A DNA stretch of 64,000 nucleotides from Bacteroidota bacterium (GTDB lineage Bacteria > Bacteroidota > Bacteroidia > AKYH767-A > 2013-40CM-41-45), in NCBI GenBank assembly GCA_026391945.1, contig JAPLDA010000071.1, positions 1,247 through 65,246 on the forward strand, read 5' to 3'. The translations under genes and the position numbers were made by a program. This document shows positions 48,309-58,320 of the stretch, one piece after another (positions within the stretch are counted from its first letter, which is position 1; each line of letters opens with the position of its first letter). The notes beneath the pieces were generated by a model. That model was not told the DNA's origin. It saw only the letters and a program-made list of their open reading frames with translations, and made no database searches.

Positions 48309-49396
48309 TAACTATTATCGCTATTGCACAGTGAAAGGATCGCATCCACTATTTTTTTACCGGCCCTGCCATCACCATACAACTGAACATCAAAAGAAAA
48401 CTGTTTTGCTCTCATCGCTTCAAAATTTCTCAAAATGGAACCGGCATCGGAACCAGCTATCTTATTGTATCCACATTCCACCAGTTCTGTCCATTCTGTT
48501 TCGTCACGCAGCGTGACACATGGCTTCTGAAAAAAATAGGCTTCCTTCTGCAGCCCGCCACTGTCGGTCATTACCAACTTACAATGTTTCAGCAATTCAA
48601 GCATATCAAAATAACCAACGGGTTCTATTACGTCGAAGTTAAGTTTGATTTTATTGGTGTCCATAATTTTCCGTGTGCGCGGGTGCAATGGCAGAACAAC
48701 AGGAATGGTTTCAGTAATCGTATTCAGCGCACTGATGATGGAAGCTAATTTTGAAACATCATCCGTGTTCTCTGCCCGGTGCAAGGTGCAAAGGACAAAT
48801 TCAGAATTATTTAATTTTGAAATAATGGTTGATTGAAGGGACGCCTTTTCCTGGTAAAATAAAACCGCATCATACATCACGTCACCGGTGTTAAGAATGG
48901 AGCATCCGAACAAATGAAAAGCCTCGCGTTCCAGGTTCCTGACAGCTGTTTCGGACGGGCAAAACAAATGATCAGAAATCCGGTCCGTAACAATCCGGTT
49001 GATTTCCTCAGGCATCCGCATGTTATAACTTCTTAACCCCGCTTCCACATGTGCAAGCGGGATGTTTAACTTCCTTGCCGCCAGGGCGCCTGCCAGCGTT
49101 GAATTCGTGTCGCCATACACCAGCACGAGGCCAGGTTTCACATCCGCAATCACTTTTTCAACTTTCTCCAGCATTTGTCCTGTCATAGCTCCCTGCGACA
49201 GGCTATGAATGTTGAGGTGGTAAGCCGGTTCCGGAATTTCCATCTCCCTGAAAAATATTTCAGACATATTTTTATCAAAATGCTGACCGGTGTGCACGAT
49301 GATTTCATCCAATAAAGAATGCCTGGAAATTTCCCGGCTTACAACGGCTGCTTTTACAAATTGAGGCCTGGCCCCAAGAACGGTAACAATTTTCAT
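48308..49396 (-). CDS. wecB: UDP-N-acetylglucosamine 2-epimerase (non-hydrolysing)
   Basis: MKIVTVLGARPQFVKAA…. Confidence 0.85.
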   Translation of the reverse strand: MKIVTVLGARPQFVKAAVVSREISRHSLLDEIIVHTGQHFDKNMSEIFFREMEIPEPAYHLNIHSLSQGAMTGQMLEKVEKVIADVKPGLVLVYGDTNSTLAGALAARKLNIPLAHVEAGLRSYNMRMPEEINRIVTDRISDHLFCPSETAVRNLEREAFHLFGCSILNTGDVMYDAVLFYQEKASLQSTIISKLNNSEFVLCTLHRAENTDDVSKLASIISALNTITETIPVVLPLHPRTRKIMDTNKIKLNFDVIEPVGYFDMLELLKHCKLVMTDSGGLQKEAYFFQKPCVTLRDETEWTELVECGYNKIAGSDAGSILRNFEAMRAKQFSFDVQLYGDGRAGKKIVDAILSLCNSDNS

Positions 49397-49457
49397 TCGC
49401 CTTTTTATAATTGATTAAAATCCACCCTCCGGATCAACAAACAGGAAATGATTTCAT

Positions 49458-50102
49458 CTATGACTTTAAATTTTTTTCCAGGAAATTATGAATGGTCTCC
49501 TGGTCAAAATAATTTTGCTGAACCAGTGCTTCGCTGAAATATTTTTCATCCAGGTTTTTAGTACTTCCCTTAATGACACCAGGATTACCAACGACAATGG
49601 AAAAATCAGGAATCGATTTATTAACCAATGTCCCTGCCGCTATCAAACATCCCTTTCCGACATTCACACCGGGCATAATGGTTGATTTTGCTCCAATGAA
49701 AGTATACTCTCCGATACTGACCTCTCCATGTATATATCCGATCCGTTCAGCCTGGGATGTTTTGATGTAGCTGTCGCCGCCGTACAACCTGATGGCGATG
49801 TGGCTGCTGTGTGTAAAAATTCCGACCCATGCTCCAACCTGGCAACCGTCTCCAATGGTCACTTTATTTGAAGCATCAATGATTGAATAATGCCAGATCC
49901 AAACGTTATCCCCGATCTGCAAATTGTCTTTATTCAATATAACAACGGATGAAGATAACCTGGTGTTTCTCTTAAACCTTCCATCAGCTTTACAGTGATA
50001 ACCATACACCATGAACGGTCTCGAAAAAACACTGAACAGGTTTTGAATGAATGAAATCATTCTTCCTGCCGGAGAAAAATATAGTTTCTTTTTTAGTTCC
50101 AT
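49458..50102 (-). CDS. Left-handed beta-helix (hexapeptide) acyltransferase
   Basis: Hexapeptide repeats (…IGDNVWI…IGDGCQVGAWVGI…). Confidence 0.7.
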   Translation of the reverse strand: MELKKKLYFSPAGRMISFIQNLFSVFSRPFMVYGYHCKADGRFKRNTRLSSSVVILNKDNLQIGDNVWIWHYSIIDASNKVTIGDGCQVGAWVGIFTHSSHIAIRLYGGDSYIKTSQAERIGYIHGEVSIGEYTFIGAKSTIMPGVNVGKGCLIAAGTLVNKSIPDFSIVVGNPGVIKGSTKNLDEKYFSEALVQQNYFDQETIHNFLEKNLKS

Positions 50103-50133
50103 GATTCAAAAATTATTTCCAAAGCAACTCCCA

Positions 50134-50541
50134 TTACTGCTGAACATTTATTTTATACCGGATTAACGCAACACCATCAATCGTTATTTCATCATTGCCG
50201 CAATCCACGATTGTTGTTTTCAGGCGAAAACGATTTTTGTCAAAAATACATTCTATTACTTTCACTTCCGCCTTGTATGGCCTGTTGACAAACATTGGTT
50301 TTAAAAAATCCATGGTCTGAGATAAATAAATGGCTCCGTTGCCGGGAAAATGCATTCCGATTATTTTGGAAAAAACAGAGCCCGCCAAAAATCCATGCAT
50401 GACCCTGGTTCCGAAAATACTTTCCGATGCATACGATTCATCCAGGTGAATGGGATTGAAATCGCCCGTCACTGTTGCAAATAAATTCACCTGCTCCTGT
50501 GTAAAGGAAAATGTCAGTTCAAAAGAATCATTTATCTCCAT
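50134..50541 (-). CDS. MaoC-like hotdog-fold (R)-hydratase/dehydratase
   Basis: …FATVTGDFNPIHLDESYA…. Confidence 0.7.
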   Translation of the reverse strand: MEINDSFELTFSFTQEQVNLFATVTGDFNPIHLDESYASESIFGTRVMHGFLAGSVFSKIIGMHFPGNGAIYLSQTMDFLKPMFVNRPYKAEVKVIECIFDKNRFRLKTTIVDCGNDEITIDGVALIRYKINVQQ

Positions 50542-50562
50542 CTCAAATTATTTATTTCTTCA

Positions 50563-51780
50563 TCAAACATTTTGCAAAATAATGGAAACTACTTTTTCAA
50601 GATTTGCAGCTTTGGATAAATTCTTAACGGAAAAGGCGAACCCGTTCCCTCCCATTTTTTCAAGTTTCTCCTTTGGTAAATTTACCATTTCCTTCATGCA
50701 CGCTGACAATTGATTAATATTTTCCGGTTCCACCACGTAACCGCAGCCGGAATCTTTAATGCATGCAGCAGTATCGCTGCTTTCATCAACACATCCGATC
50801 ACAGGTTTCCCTGAAAACATATAAGCAGCAAGTTTCGAGGGAATGGAACTTTTAGCGGCGCCTCTTTTCAGGGGGAGCAGCAGAACATCCGCTTCATCCT
50901 GCATTTCCGGAACCTTTCCATCCGGGACCTGCCGGAACTCGATATGAACATCCACCATACCGGCTGCTTTCTTTTCCAGTAATTCTTTTTGTGATCCGGA
51001 ACCGGCAATAATCAAACGGCAGTTGGCCGGTTGAGCTGCAGCAAAAGCATCGAGAAGTAAATCAACACCGGAAGCAACACCCATGTTCCCAAGGTACATA
51101 AATGTAAAAGGATTTTCATTTTTTTTCGTGACGGGAGCTGACTTTCTGAAACTCATAAAAGAATTTTCATCCTGCCAGTTTCGCACAACGAATATCTTTC
51201 GCTGGTCTATTTTCCTGGTTTCAGCGAGGTATTGTTTCATCTGATCCGAGATGGCAATAATTTTAGTTGCATGCCTGAGTACAAACCGGTCGATCGGCAA
51301 CAACAGGTAATTAAGCAACCTTCTGATGAGGGGAAATTTATTGGTCAATGATTCCGGGTAAACATCCTGTACATGCATCACTACAGGTATGTTGAATTTT
51401 TTGCAGGCGAGCACCGTGTAGTATTGTGCCAGCAGTGGCCAGGTATTCGCGTAAATTATTTTTATCGCTGCTTGATTCGCTGCTATGTATTGGTAACAGT
51501 ATTTCCCGAAACTATAACTTTCAAAAAATCTACCCCATACATTTGATCCGGGACTGATAAAAGAATTTGCCACGACATGATTAAAATGACCGGCCGGTCC
51601 GGGTAAATCAAACATAAACCCAAATGGCCGTGAAGGCTTTGGGGAAATAACAGTAACAGGTGCTTTCTCACCAATGGCATCGGCGATATCATAGGACAGT
51701 TTAGCCGACACCACAGGTTCAGGAGGAAAAACAGCCGAAATAATTAAGTTCATTTTCATTTTACTGTCGAAGCGAAACAA
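50563..51780 (-). CDS. GT4-family glycosyltransferase
   Basis: GT-B architecture; C-terminal group-1 domain. Confidence 0.65.
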   Translation of the reverse strand: MFRFDSKMKMNLIISAVFPPEPVVSAKLSYDIADAIGEKAPVTVISPKPSRPFGFMFDLPGPAGHFNHVVANSFISPGSNVWGRFFESYSFGKYCYQYIAANQAAIKIIYANTWPLLAQYYTVLACKKFNIPVVMHVQDVYPESLTNKFPLIRRLLNYLLLPIDRFVLRHATKIIAISDQMKQYLAETRKIDQRKIFVVRNWQDENSFMSFRKSAPVTKKNENPFTFMYLGNMGVASGVDLLLDAFAAAQPANCRLIIAGSGSQKELLEKKAAGMVDVHIEFRQVPDGKVPEMQDEADVLLLPLKRGAAKSSIPSKLAAYMFSGKPVIGCVDESSDTAACIKDSGCGYVVEPENINQLSACMKEMVNLPKEKLEKMGGNGFAFSVKNLSKAANLEKVVSIILQNV

Positions 51781-51793
51781 ACCGGGAAAATAA

Positions 51794-52801
51794 TTACCCG
51801 GCCATGTAGTTTGACATCAGTTTTTTTTTGTTGTAAACGCTGTAACGGAAAACCATTTTCAGTATGTATTTTATGATTCCTTTTATCCCGGAATTATTGA
51901 TAACAGAAAATTTTTCCAGGGGAATATTAAACCCGGGATCCAACTGCTTTACCTGATTTTCTGTTTCCATCAATTCGATAAAATAGGGAACATAGATATT
52001 ATTGACGATTGCTTTTGCAGGCTCTCTCCATCCCAAATCCACCATATCCTTTTTAAAAAACCTTACATGATGAAAATGAAAAAACACAGCTTCAAAAATT
52101 GAATCCGAGGCTTTATCCAAAAAAAAGATCTGGTTAAATTTTCTTTCAACAAACTTGTATTGCTCTACATTCCAGGCCGCGATTCCCCCACCCAAATGCT
52201 GCAATACATGCACGCCTTTAAAACGGGTGGTCCAGTCATCCAGGTATTTCTGGTCGCCGAATTTGCCATCTTCATACCGGTTGTAACACCATTCGATGCA
52301 GGCATCCCGCCACCAGTGCAACGCCTCCATCCCGTTTTTATCATTCATAAACGTGATGAACTGTACGCAATAAATGCCCGAAGTTGAAACGCGGTTGAAC
52401 TTTGGCGGGTAACGGTGCTCGGTAAGCAAGGTGGACTGATGGCCCATTTCGTCAAAAAGTATTTTCGGGTTTTGGTAAAAAAATAAATCAGCATCTATGT
52501 AAGTACAACCCGGAACATGAAATTTTTCAATCACATAAAGAATGGTTGATGGTGTGCACGTCCAGCAATATTCAGCTTTTGTCCGGCCCGGTTTTACAGC
52601 CAGCAGTTTCTCATCTTCAAATTCCTTTAACGAAATGATGGTTGCCTTTTTTAAGTAAAGCTTATTCAATAATTCAAAACTCTTTTCGTCAAAAGCAAAA
52701 ATATAAAGATGAAAATCATCACAGGTATTTTCCAATGACCTGTACATGGTCAGGCCTTTCACCAGGTAAAAAGAATCGAACAGCGTACAGAAATTCAACA
52801 T
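51794..52801 (-). CDS. Hypothetical; possibly a nucleotide-diphospho-sugar transferase (DxD-like YIDADLF)
   Basis: Weak motif only; context in glycan locus. Confidence 0.3.
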   Translation of the reverse strand: MLNFCTLFDSFYLVKGLTMYRSLENTCDDFHLYIFAFDEKSFELLNKLYLKKATIISLKEFEDEKLLAVKPGRTKAEYCWTCTPSTILYVIEKFHVPGCTYIDADLFFYQNPKILFDEMGHQSTLLTEHRYPPKFNRVSTSGIYCVQFITFMNDKNGMEALHWWRDACIEWCYNRYEDGKFGDQKYLDDWTTRFKGVHVLQHLGGGIAAWNVEQYKFVERKFNQIFFLDKASDSIFEAVFFHFHHVRFFKKDMVDLGWREPAKAIVNNIYVPYFIELMETENQVKQLDPGFNIPLEKFSVINNSGIKGIIKYILKMVFRYSVYNKKKLMSNYMAG

Positions 52802-52899
52802 CAGAAATTTAATTTACAACCCGTTTAATTTTTCAGCAACGATGCCATGTCCTTACTCATTTCTTCCGCAGGAAGAATCAAAAACGATCATAGAGATAC

Positions 52900-53706
52900 C
52901 TAACCCGTTTTTTTTCTTTTCAAAAAGAAAGCTTTAAACGCCCCATGTTTGATATGAATCGTTTCTTCCGTCTGGCAGTCAAAAATCAGATCATAATGTT
53001 CCAGCATTTTATCCAGGAATATTTTTTCATTCAGCAGCCAGCATGGATATTCGGCCTTGTAGATTTCCCCGGCAACTTTTTGAATGGTAATTTTTTCTGA
53101 TCCCTGCAAAAGCAATGGCATCCTGTCGATGACAATGTACTCAAATCGTTTTGCAAAAACCATTTCCAGGAAGTCATACGGATTTTCAAGGTATTGAAGA
53201 ACGGAAGATAAGAGTAAAACATCCACCCTATTTTCACTCATGCAGGTATCGATGTCATAAAAGAAATGCAGCTGTTCATCGGCGAAAGTGCTTTGTCCTT
53301 CCTTAACAAAATGAGGCTGTTCCACTACATTCCAGTTCAATAGTTCAAGCTCGGAAAACAAATTCCTGTTTTGGTAATAACTGCTTCCCAGTGAACCGCC
53401 AAAATCAAGGACATTCAGTTTGCTCCCATTATTTAATGCTACCAATGCAAGTGCTGACACCAGCGGAAATGAATAATGAATTGTATCAAAGAGGACTGAA
53501 TCTCTTTCGTAAGTGGCTTCCCCGTTTTTCACTTTCAGCAGCGCACTTCTTACTTTATTAAAAATGGTTTCGGAATCGTAGCCGCTGCATTTTTTTTTCG
53601 CTTCCGTCCATGAAGAATAATTTCCCCGCCAGCCGTAGAGAGTGGCTGTAAGTTTCCGGGCGAGGAAGGGCGGGATAAAATCTTTGATCAGTGGTTTAAT
53701 GTTCAC
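52900..53706 (-). CDS. Putative SAM-dependent methyltransferase (TIGR04325/LIC12133-like)
   Basis: …VLDFGGSLGSSYYQ… glycine-rich SAM motif; recollection of family. Confidence 0.4.
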   Translation of the reverse strand: MNIKPLIKDFIPPFLARKLTATLYGWRGNYSSWTEAKKKCSGYDSETIFNKVRSALLKVKNGEATYERDSVLFDTIHYSFPLVSALALVALNNGSKLNVLDFGGSLGSSYYQNRNLFSELELLNWNVVEQPHFVKEGQSTFADEQLHFFYDIDTCMSENRVDVLLLSSVLQYLENPYDFLEMVFAKRFEYIVIDRMPLLLQGSEKITIQKVAGEIYKAEYPCWLLNEKIFLDKMLEHYDLIFDCQTEETIHIKHGAFKAFFLKRKKTG

Positions 53707-53712
53707 GTGGCC

Positions 53713-54945
53713 TCAGGCAAATTTATTTAATTCGTTCGAAATAATTTCATTCATCCTTCCTGCCCTCTTTTCAATGGTATGTTCTGCCAACGTACGTTCC
53801 TGGCCGGCCATTGCAATTTTTTTCCTTTCATCAGGGTTATTCAACAGCCATTGAACTTTCCGGATACACTCATCAGGGGTTTTATAGGTAACAACCTCCT
53901 TCTCCAATTCAAACAGATCGCCCAGGTTTTCTTTCCAGTCGGTCACCAGGCAGGTTCCCACTCCTGTCGCTTCAAATAAACGAATATTCCCTGCACACTT
54001 TGTTGCAACTTCTCCGTGGCTGTTAAAACAAATTTTCGCTTTGGAAAGCAATTGAAACATTTCCATTCCGAAGACCGGAGGTTGGATACGGCTTATTAAT
54101 TTATCGGAATAATAATGTACGGGGACATTTCCATACCCTTCATATTTTTTCAGCAACGGAATCATTTCAATGGTCCTTTCGAGCCGGAATTTCCTGAGAA
54201 ACCTGATCAGCGCAAACACCATTTTTTTAACCGTATTTTTTCTTCTTGATTCAAGGTTACAGTATAAATCCATTTTGATGCCTGCTAAAAGTATTTTTTC
54301 AATACATTCAATACGGCTTTTATGAAAGCCGGATCCTGTGTAAAGAGACCCGGAAAATAAAAAATCAGATCCGTTAAAGTGGTTGTCCTTCTTTAGTTTT
54401 TCAAGAACAGTAGTGTCAAATCCATGATATAACAAATACGTTTTAATCCCCAGAGCATTCAACTCCTTTTCAAAACAGGGAATGCAGGTGAACATGATAT
54501 CGAACAGCCTGAATTTTTCCTCCAGGATTGAATTATAAGGTGCGCAGATATGCCCGATGATCAATTTTATCGTGGGCACTTCCTTCAATAACTTTTCTTT
54601 CCATTCTTTGCTGACAATGGAGAAGTCATCTATCCAAGCCACATCCGGGCGGTAGTACTTTAATTGCTCAATGACTATGTCCCTTCCCGCTGTCTCTGCA
54701 GGTAGATTATTTTCCTTCTTCCACGTATTTTGAAGGACATCTGCATTGGAGATGATATCAAAAGCCATCACCCCCTGTTTATTTAAACTCCTGGAATAAG
54801 AACTGACGGTTTCAACAGAGTCACTGATGAGATGTTCGTATTGTTCGGAATATGATTTTTCCCCGATAGATGGATTGCACTGATAATAATTCTTTATATG
54901 CTGTGGATAATAATTGGTGACTCTTACAAAACGATAACTCATCAT
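53713..54945 (-). CDS. CgeB-like glycosyltransferase (DUF3880 plus GT1-like C-domain)
   Basis: Weak similarity recollection; locus context. Confidence 0.35.
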   Translation of the reverse strand: MMSYRFVRVTNYYPQHIKNYYQCNPSIGEKSYSEQYEHLISDSVETVSSYSRSLNKQGVMAFDIISNADVLQNTWKKENNLPAETAGRDIVIEQLKYYRPDVAWIDDFSIVSKEWKEKLLKEVPTIKLIIGHICAPYNSILEEKFRLFDIMFTCIPCFEKELNALGIKTYLLYHGFDTTVLEKLKKDNHFNGSDFLFSGSLYTGSGFHKSRIECIEKILLAGIKMDLYCNLESRRKNTVKKMVFALIRFLRKFRLERTIEMIPLLKKYEGYGNVPVHYYSDKLISRIQPPVFGMEMFQLLSKAKICFNSHGEVATKCAGNIRLFEATGVGTCLVTDWKENLGDLFELEKEVVTYKTPDECIRKVQWLLNNPDERKKIAMAGQERTLAEHTIEKRAGRMNEIISNELNKFA

Positions 54946-54953
54946 TGATTTAA

Positions 54954-56234
54954 TTAAGCCGGTTTGAAATTACTGGATTTGAGAATCGTGATGCATAGCA
55001 CAAGGAAGATCAGAATTCCACCTGTGATTAAACAGGTGAGCAAAGGTGTGCTCAAAATAATATAGATGCAGCAAAAAAACACTCCGTAATACCCGATGTG
55101 AATTTTAACTGTGTTAAAAAGACTGAACAGCAAACTGAAGATCACGGAAAACAGGAGTACTCCTGCATAACCGAGGTTCATGAACCCGTCGGATACAATT
55201 CCATTGTTCGCAAAAGCTGTTGGAGCACCCCAGTAAATTTTTGTAATCAGAAACCCGACAGGCATGTTATACGGACTATGTACAAAGTGCATGAAGAAAT
55301 GGCTTTCGGCAAAGTAAAACGGGTGGCCGCTAAAAAAATCAAAATAAAACCGGGTCGTTAATGCAGGGATAAAAAGAAACCTGTTCACAAATGTTCCGGC
55401 CAGTATGGGCGATGCCAGTAGGAAGTTATCAAGGACAGGGAAAAGTGCAAAACAAATGATGACCACCAGGAAAAAATTGTTCAGCTTGGCAACCACATTC
55501 CGCCCGATATAAAAGAAAAAAACAACGATGATGGAGGTAAAGTAAACCAGCTTGTTTCCTGAGATAACAAACAGGTAAAGCAGAATGAGGAATAGCAATG
55601 TCATGATAAAATACTTCCTCCTGATCATGAAGAAAACCAGCGCGACGGGGATGATGGTCTTCGCTTCAAAATGGTAGAGGTAGGCTAAAATCCCCTGGAG
55701 CTTTTCTGAAAACATTTCCCTTGTCTCGTAGATCTCATTTAAGAGAAGTGTTTTCATGTGGATGTTCAGTTTGAAAGTGAACACAACCGGTATGATTAAC
55801 ACTATGGCTAAACCAATTACTATCCATTCTTTGTACCGTTCCCGGATATTGAAATCCGGAACAGTAAATTTTATATACGGAGTGATGAGAAAAAAAGAGA
55901 CAAAGAAAGTATTCGATACAAATGGCCCTGGCGGGAAATTACTGAAGGAATATAAAACAGCATTCGGAATATAGAAAAAGAAAATCAGCAGCATGTAAAT
56001 GGAATACAGGAACCGGCTTTGATGGTACATATTGAATGACATGACCAGTAAAAAAAGGAAACATAATTTTGTCACCAGGTACTTCCACACATTAAAGTCA
56101 GGAATAAAACCCATGTAGTCGTACCGCTTGGAAATATAAAATGAATAATACACTTCCAGGGAAATGTAAATGACTGCCACCAGCACTTTCAGCAGGAGAA
56201 ATTCCTTTTTAACGATCAGTTTCATCTCAGTCAT
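54954..56234 (-). CDS. Polytopic membrane protein, candidate repeat-unit polymerase (Wzy/EpsG-like)
   Basis: ~12 TM helices, AT-rich, between GT and Wzx genes. Confidence 0.4.
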   Translation of the reverse strand: MTEMKLIVKKEFLLLKVLVAVIYISLEVYYSFYISKRYDYMGFIPDFNVWKYLVTKLCFLFLLVMSFNMYHQSRFLYSIYMLLIFFFYIPNAVLYSFSNFPPGPFVSNTFFVSFFLITPYIKFTVPDFNIRERYKEWIVIGLAIVLIIPVVFTFKLNIHMKTLLLNEIYETREMFSEKLQGILAYLYHFEAKTIIPVALVFFMIRRKYFIMTLLFLILLYLFVISGNKLVYFTSIIVVFFFYIGRNVVAKLNNFFLVVIICFALFPVLDNFLLASPILAGTFVNRFLFIPALTTRFYFDFFSGHPFYFAESHFFMHFVHSPYNMPVGFLITKIYWGAPTAFANNGIVSDGFMNLGYAGVLLFSVIFSLLFSLFNTVKIHIGYYGVFFCCIYIILSTPLLTCLITGGILIFLVLCITILKSSNFKPA

Positions 56235-57518
56235 TTACACAGGAATTGGCAACTTGATATTTTTCTCATAGCGGCTTACGATCCGGTAAATCATGAAACA
56301 GTAAGCTGAGTGCATGCATATTTCGATCAGTACATAGATTTTTAAAAAGTCATAAATATCCTTTCCCCTGAAGAACAACAGCAAACAGATGGCTATAAAA
56401 TACATGGTTTGCCAGGCGCTGTTGAGCCGGATTTTTTCGAATGTGATAAAAATGGATGAGAATGCCGAGCCGATAAAATTAAATACGAAACTGAAGACCA
56501 TGATCCGGGAAAACGAACCCGACACTTCATACCTGCTTCCAAACACAAATCCAAACAACGCCGGGCCGAAGAGGAGGATGAAAATCACTTCCATAAAAAC
56601 AACTGCGAGGAGTACATACAGAATATTCCTGACATCCTTTTTGATGCTTAATGAACGGTGCTTCTTTTCCGTTGTCTGCTGAAAAAAAACCTGCGAGATG
56701 GACGCGGAAATAAAAATCAATGGAATCGATAAGACCATTCTTGATAAATCCAGATAGCCAACCGTTTCGGTGGAATAAAATTTATTGATGAATAAAAACG
56801 GTAGCACGGATGCAGCGCTGCTCAGGAGCGTGGGAAGCACATTGTATTTCGGGAAGTCGCTGTATTTGATCCTGACAAATCCCGTTTTTTTTCCTGATAA
56901 AAATTTTAAAGTGAATTTATTTTTCAGCAACTGCCTCATGCCTGCATAAACGTTGGCGAAATTTCCTGCCAGGTCGCCGAGGAACAATCCTCCCGGAATT
57001 TTAAAAACTCCTGCAACAGCCTGGATCATTCCTTCAATTCCCCGCCTCACAATTTTGTTATTCGCTGATGCTTTAAACGCTTTCTGCCGGATCAGCCAAT
57101 AGTTCATGCTTTGATAAATGCCGAAAGCGGCAGTAGCAAAAGGAAGGAAATACAGGTAACCGGAATATTTTACCGGGAAATTAATCAGTTGCACCAAATC
57201 ATCTTTCAAAAACAAGAGGGCAGCAAACAGCAGGAATGAAAAAATAATATTGATGCGCGCGGCCAGCGAAAGAATGTTTGCTGCAGCCACATCGTTTTTA
57301 GGCAACACAATAGCCGCTTCGTATCTCAGCGATGACACAATGGTGATCATGCCAAAGATCGTCAGGTACACAGCCATGGCCCCGAAATCTTCGGGTGAAT
57401 ATATTCTTCTCAGAAATGGCTGCAGGAGGATCGGAATGCTTTGCGCCGCAACCGTGCCGAAAATCAATACAAAGGTGTTTTTAGTAAACTCAGATCTTAA
57501 TGAAAATCTTTTTAACAT
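56235..57518 (-). CDS. wzx: Wzx-type polysaccharide flippase (MOP superfamily)
   Basis: 12-TM MOP topology. Confidence 0.65.
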   Translation of the reverse strand: MLKRFSLRSEFTKNTFVLIFGTVAAQSIPILLQPFLRRIYSPEDFGAMAVYLTIFGMITIVSSLRYEAAIVLPKNDVAAANILSLAARINIIFSFLLFAALLFLKDDLVQLINFPVKYSGYLYFLPFATAAFGIYQSMNYWLIRQKAFKASANNKIVRRGIEGMIQAVAGVFKIPGGLFLGDLAGNFANVYAGMRQLLKNKFTLKFLSGKKTGFVRIKYSDFPKYNVLPTLLSSAASVLPFLFINKFYSTETVGYLDLSRMVLSIPLIFISASISQVFFQQTTEKKHRSLSIKKDVRNILYVLLAVVFMEVIFILLFGPALFGFVFGSRYEVSGSFSRIMVFSFVFNFIGSAFSSIFITFEKIRLNSAWQTMYFIAICLLLFFRGKDIYDFLKIYVLIEICMHSAYCFMIYRIVSRYEKNIKLPIPV

Positions 57519-57549
57519 GCCGTGTGAGTATTCTGAAAATGATCCTTTA

Positions 57550-58320
57550 TTATTTCCTTCGAACGAAGTTCAGCAGGTAACCAGTGATAAACCCAAGGAC
57601 AATTCCAAGGAAACCAAAGCCCAGTACATTCAAAACACCTTCCCTCGAATTGCTCACTAAAACCGGGACCGGATAAACAGGTATGAAGTTTACGATCTTT
57701 TCAAAGAATATTTTTTTTTCTAGTTCCTGTTTTTTTTCAAACAGTTCAACATTCTTCTGATGTCCACTTTGCTTACCTGACGTATCCGGCGAAGTCATTT
57801 GCAACGTTAAAACGGAAAGTAACTGCTGTTCCTGCTTCCACTGGAATGAAAATTTTTCGCTGAGATCCCGGATGGAGTTCAGGTAAGCCGTCAACGAAGT
57901 CAGTACGCTATCGACGGCAGAAGAATCGAAAACTTCGATCGTTACCTTCAGCCGGGTTTCGTTGTTGTTGTTGGCTTCTACTTTTGATTTGATATTTCTG
58001 AATCCCGGAAAGCCAATGTCATTTACCTGTACATTTTTGTTCTCCCTGTTTAAGGGAATGTTGTTTATTATTTCACCGAGAATTTCATTTGAAACAACTG
58101 ATGTCCCTGCAATGAAATCCTTCCTGAAAAAAGATTGGTACTCCAGCGGATGAGTGAAAAGATTGCTGATTCCAAATAGTATTCCCGCCCCAAAAAAAGT
58201 AAGGATGACTACTTTTCTTTTTTTAAAAAACCGGTACCCGTTACCGATCAGTTCCCATAAGTCGATCTCGGTGTTACCGGAATGTTCGATGCCATCCATG
58301 CTGCCGGATTTATTTTGCAT
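57550..58320 (-). CDS. Wzz-like chain-length determinant (TM – periplasmic coiled region – TM)
   Basis: Topology and C-terminal TM (…[14 protein letters not shown]…). Confidence 0.45.
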   Translation of the reverse strand: MQNKSGSMDGIEHSGNTEIDLWELIGNGYRFFKKRKVVILTFFGAGILFGISNLFTHPLEYQSFFRKDFIAGTSVVSNEILGEIINNIPLNRENKNVQVNDIGFPGFRNIKSKVEANNNNETRLKVTIEVFDSSAVDSVLTSLTAYLNSIRDLSEKFSFQWKQEQQLLSVLTLQMTSPDTSGKQSGHQKNVELFEKKQELEKKIFFEKIVNFIPVYPVPVLVSNSREGVLNVLGFGFLGIVLGFITGYLLNFVRRK

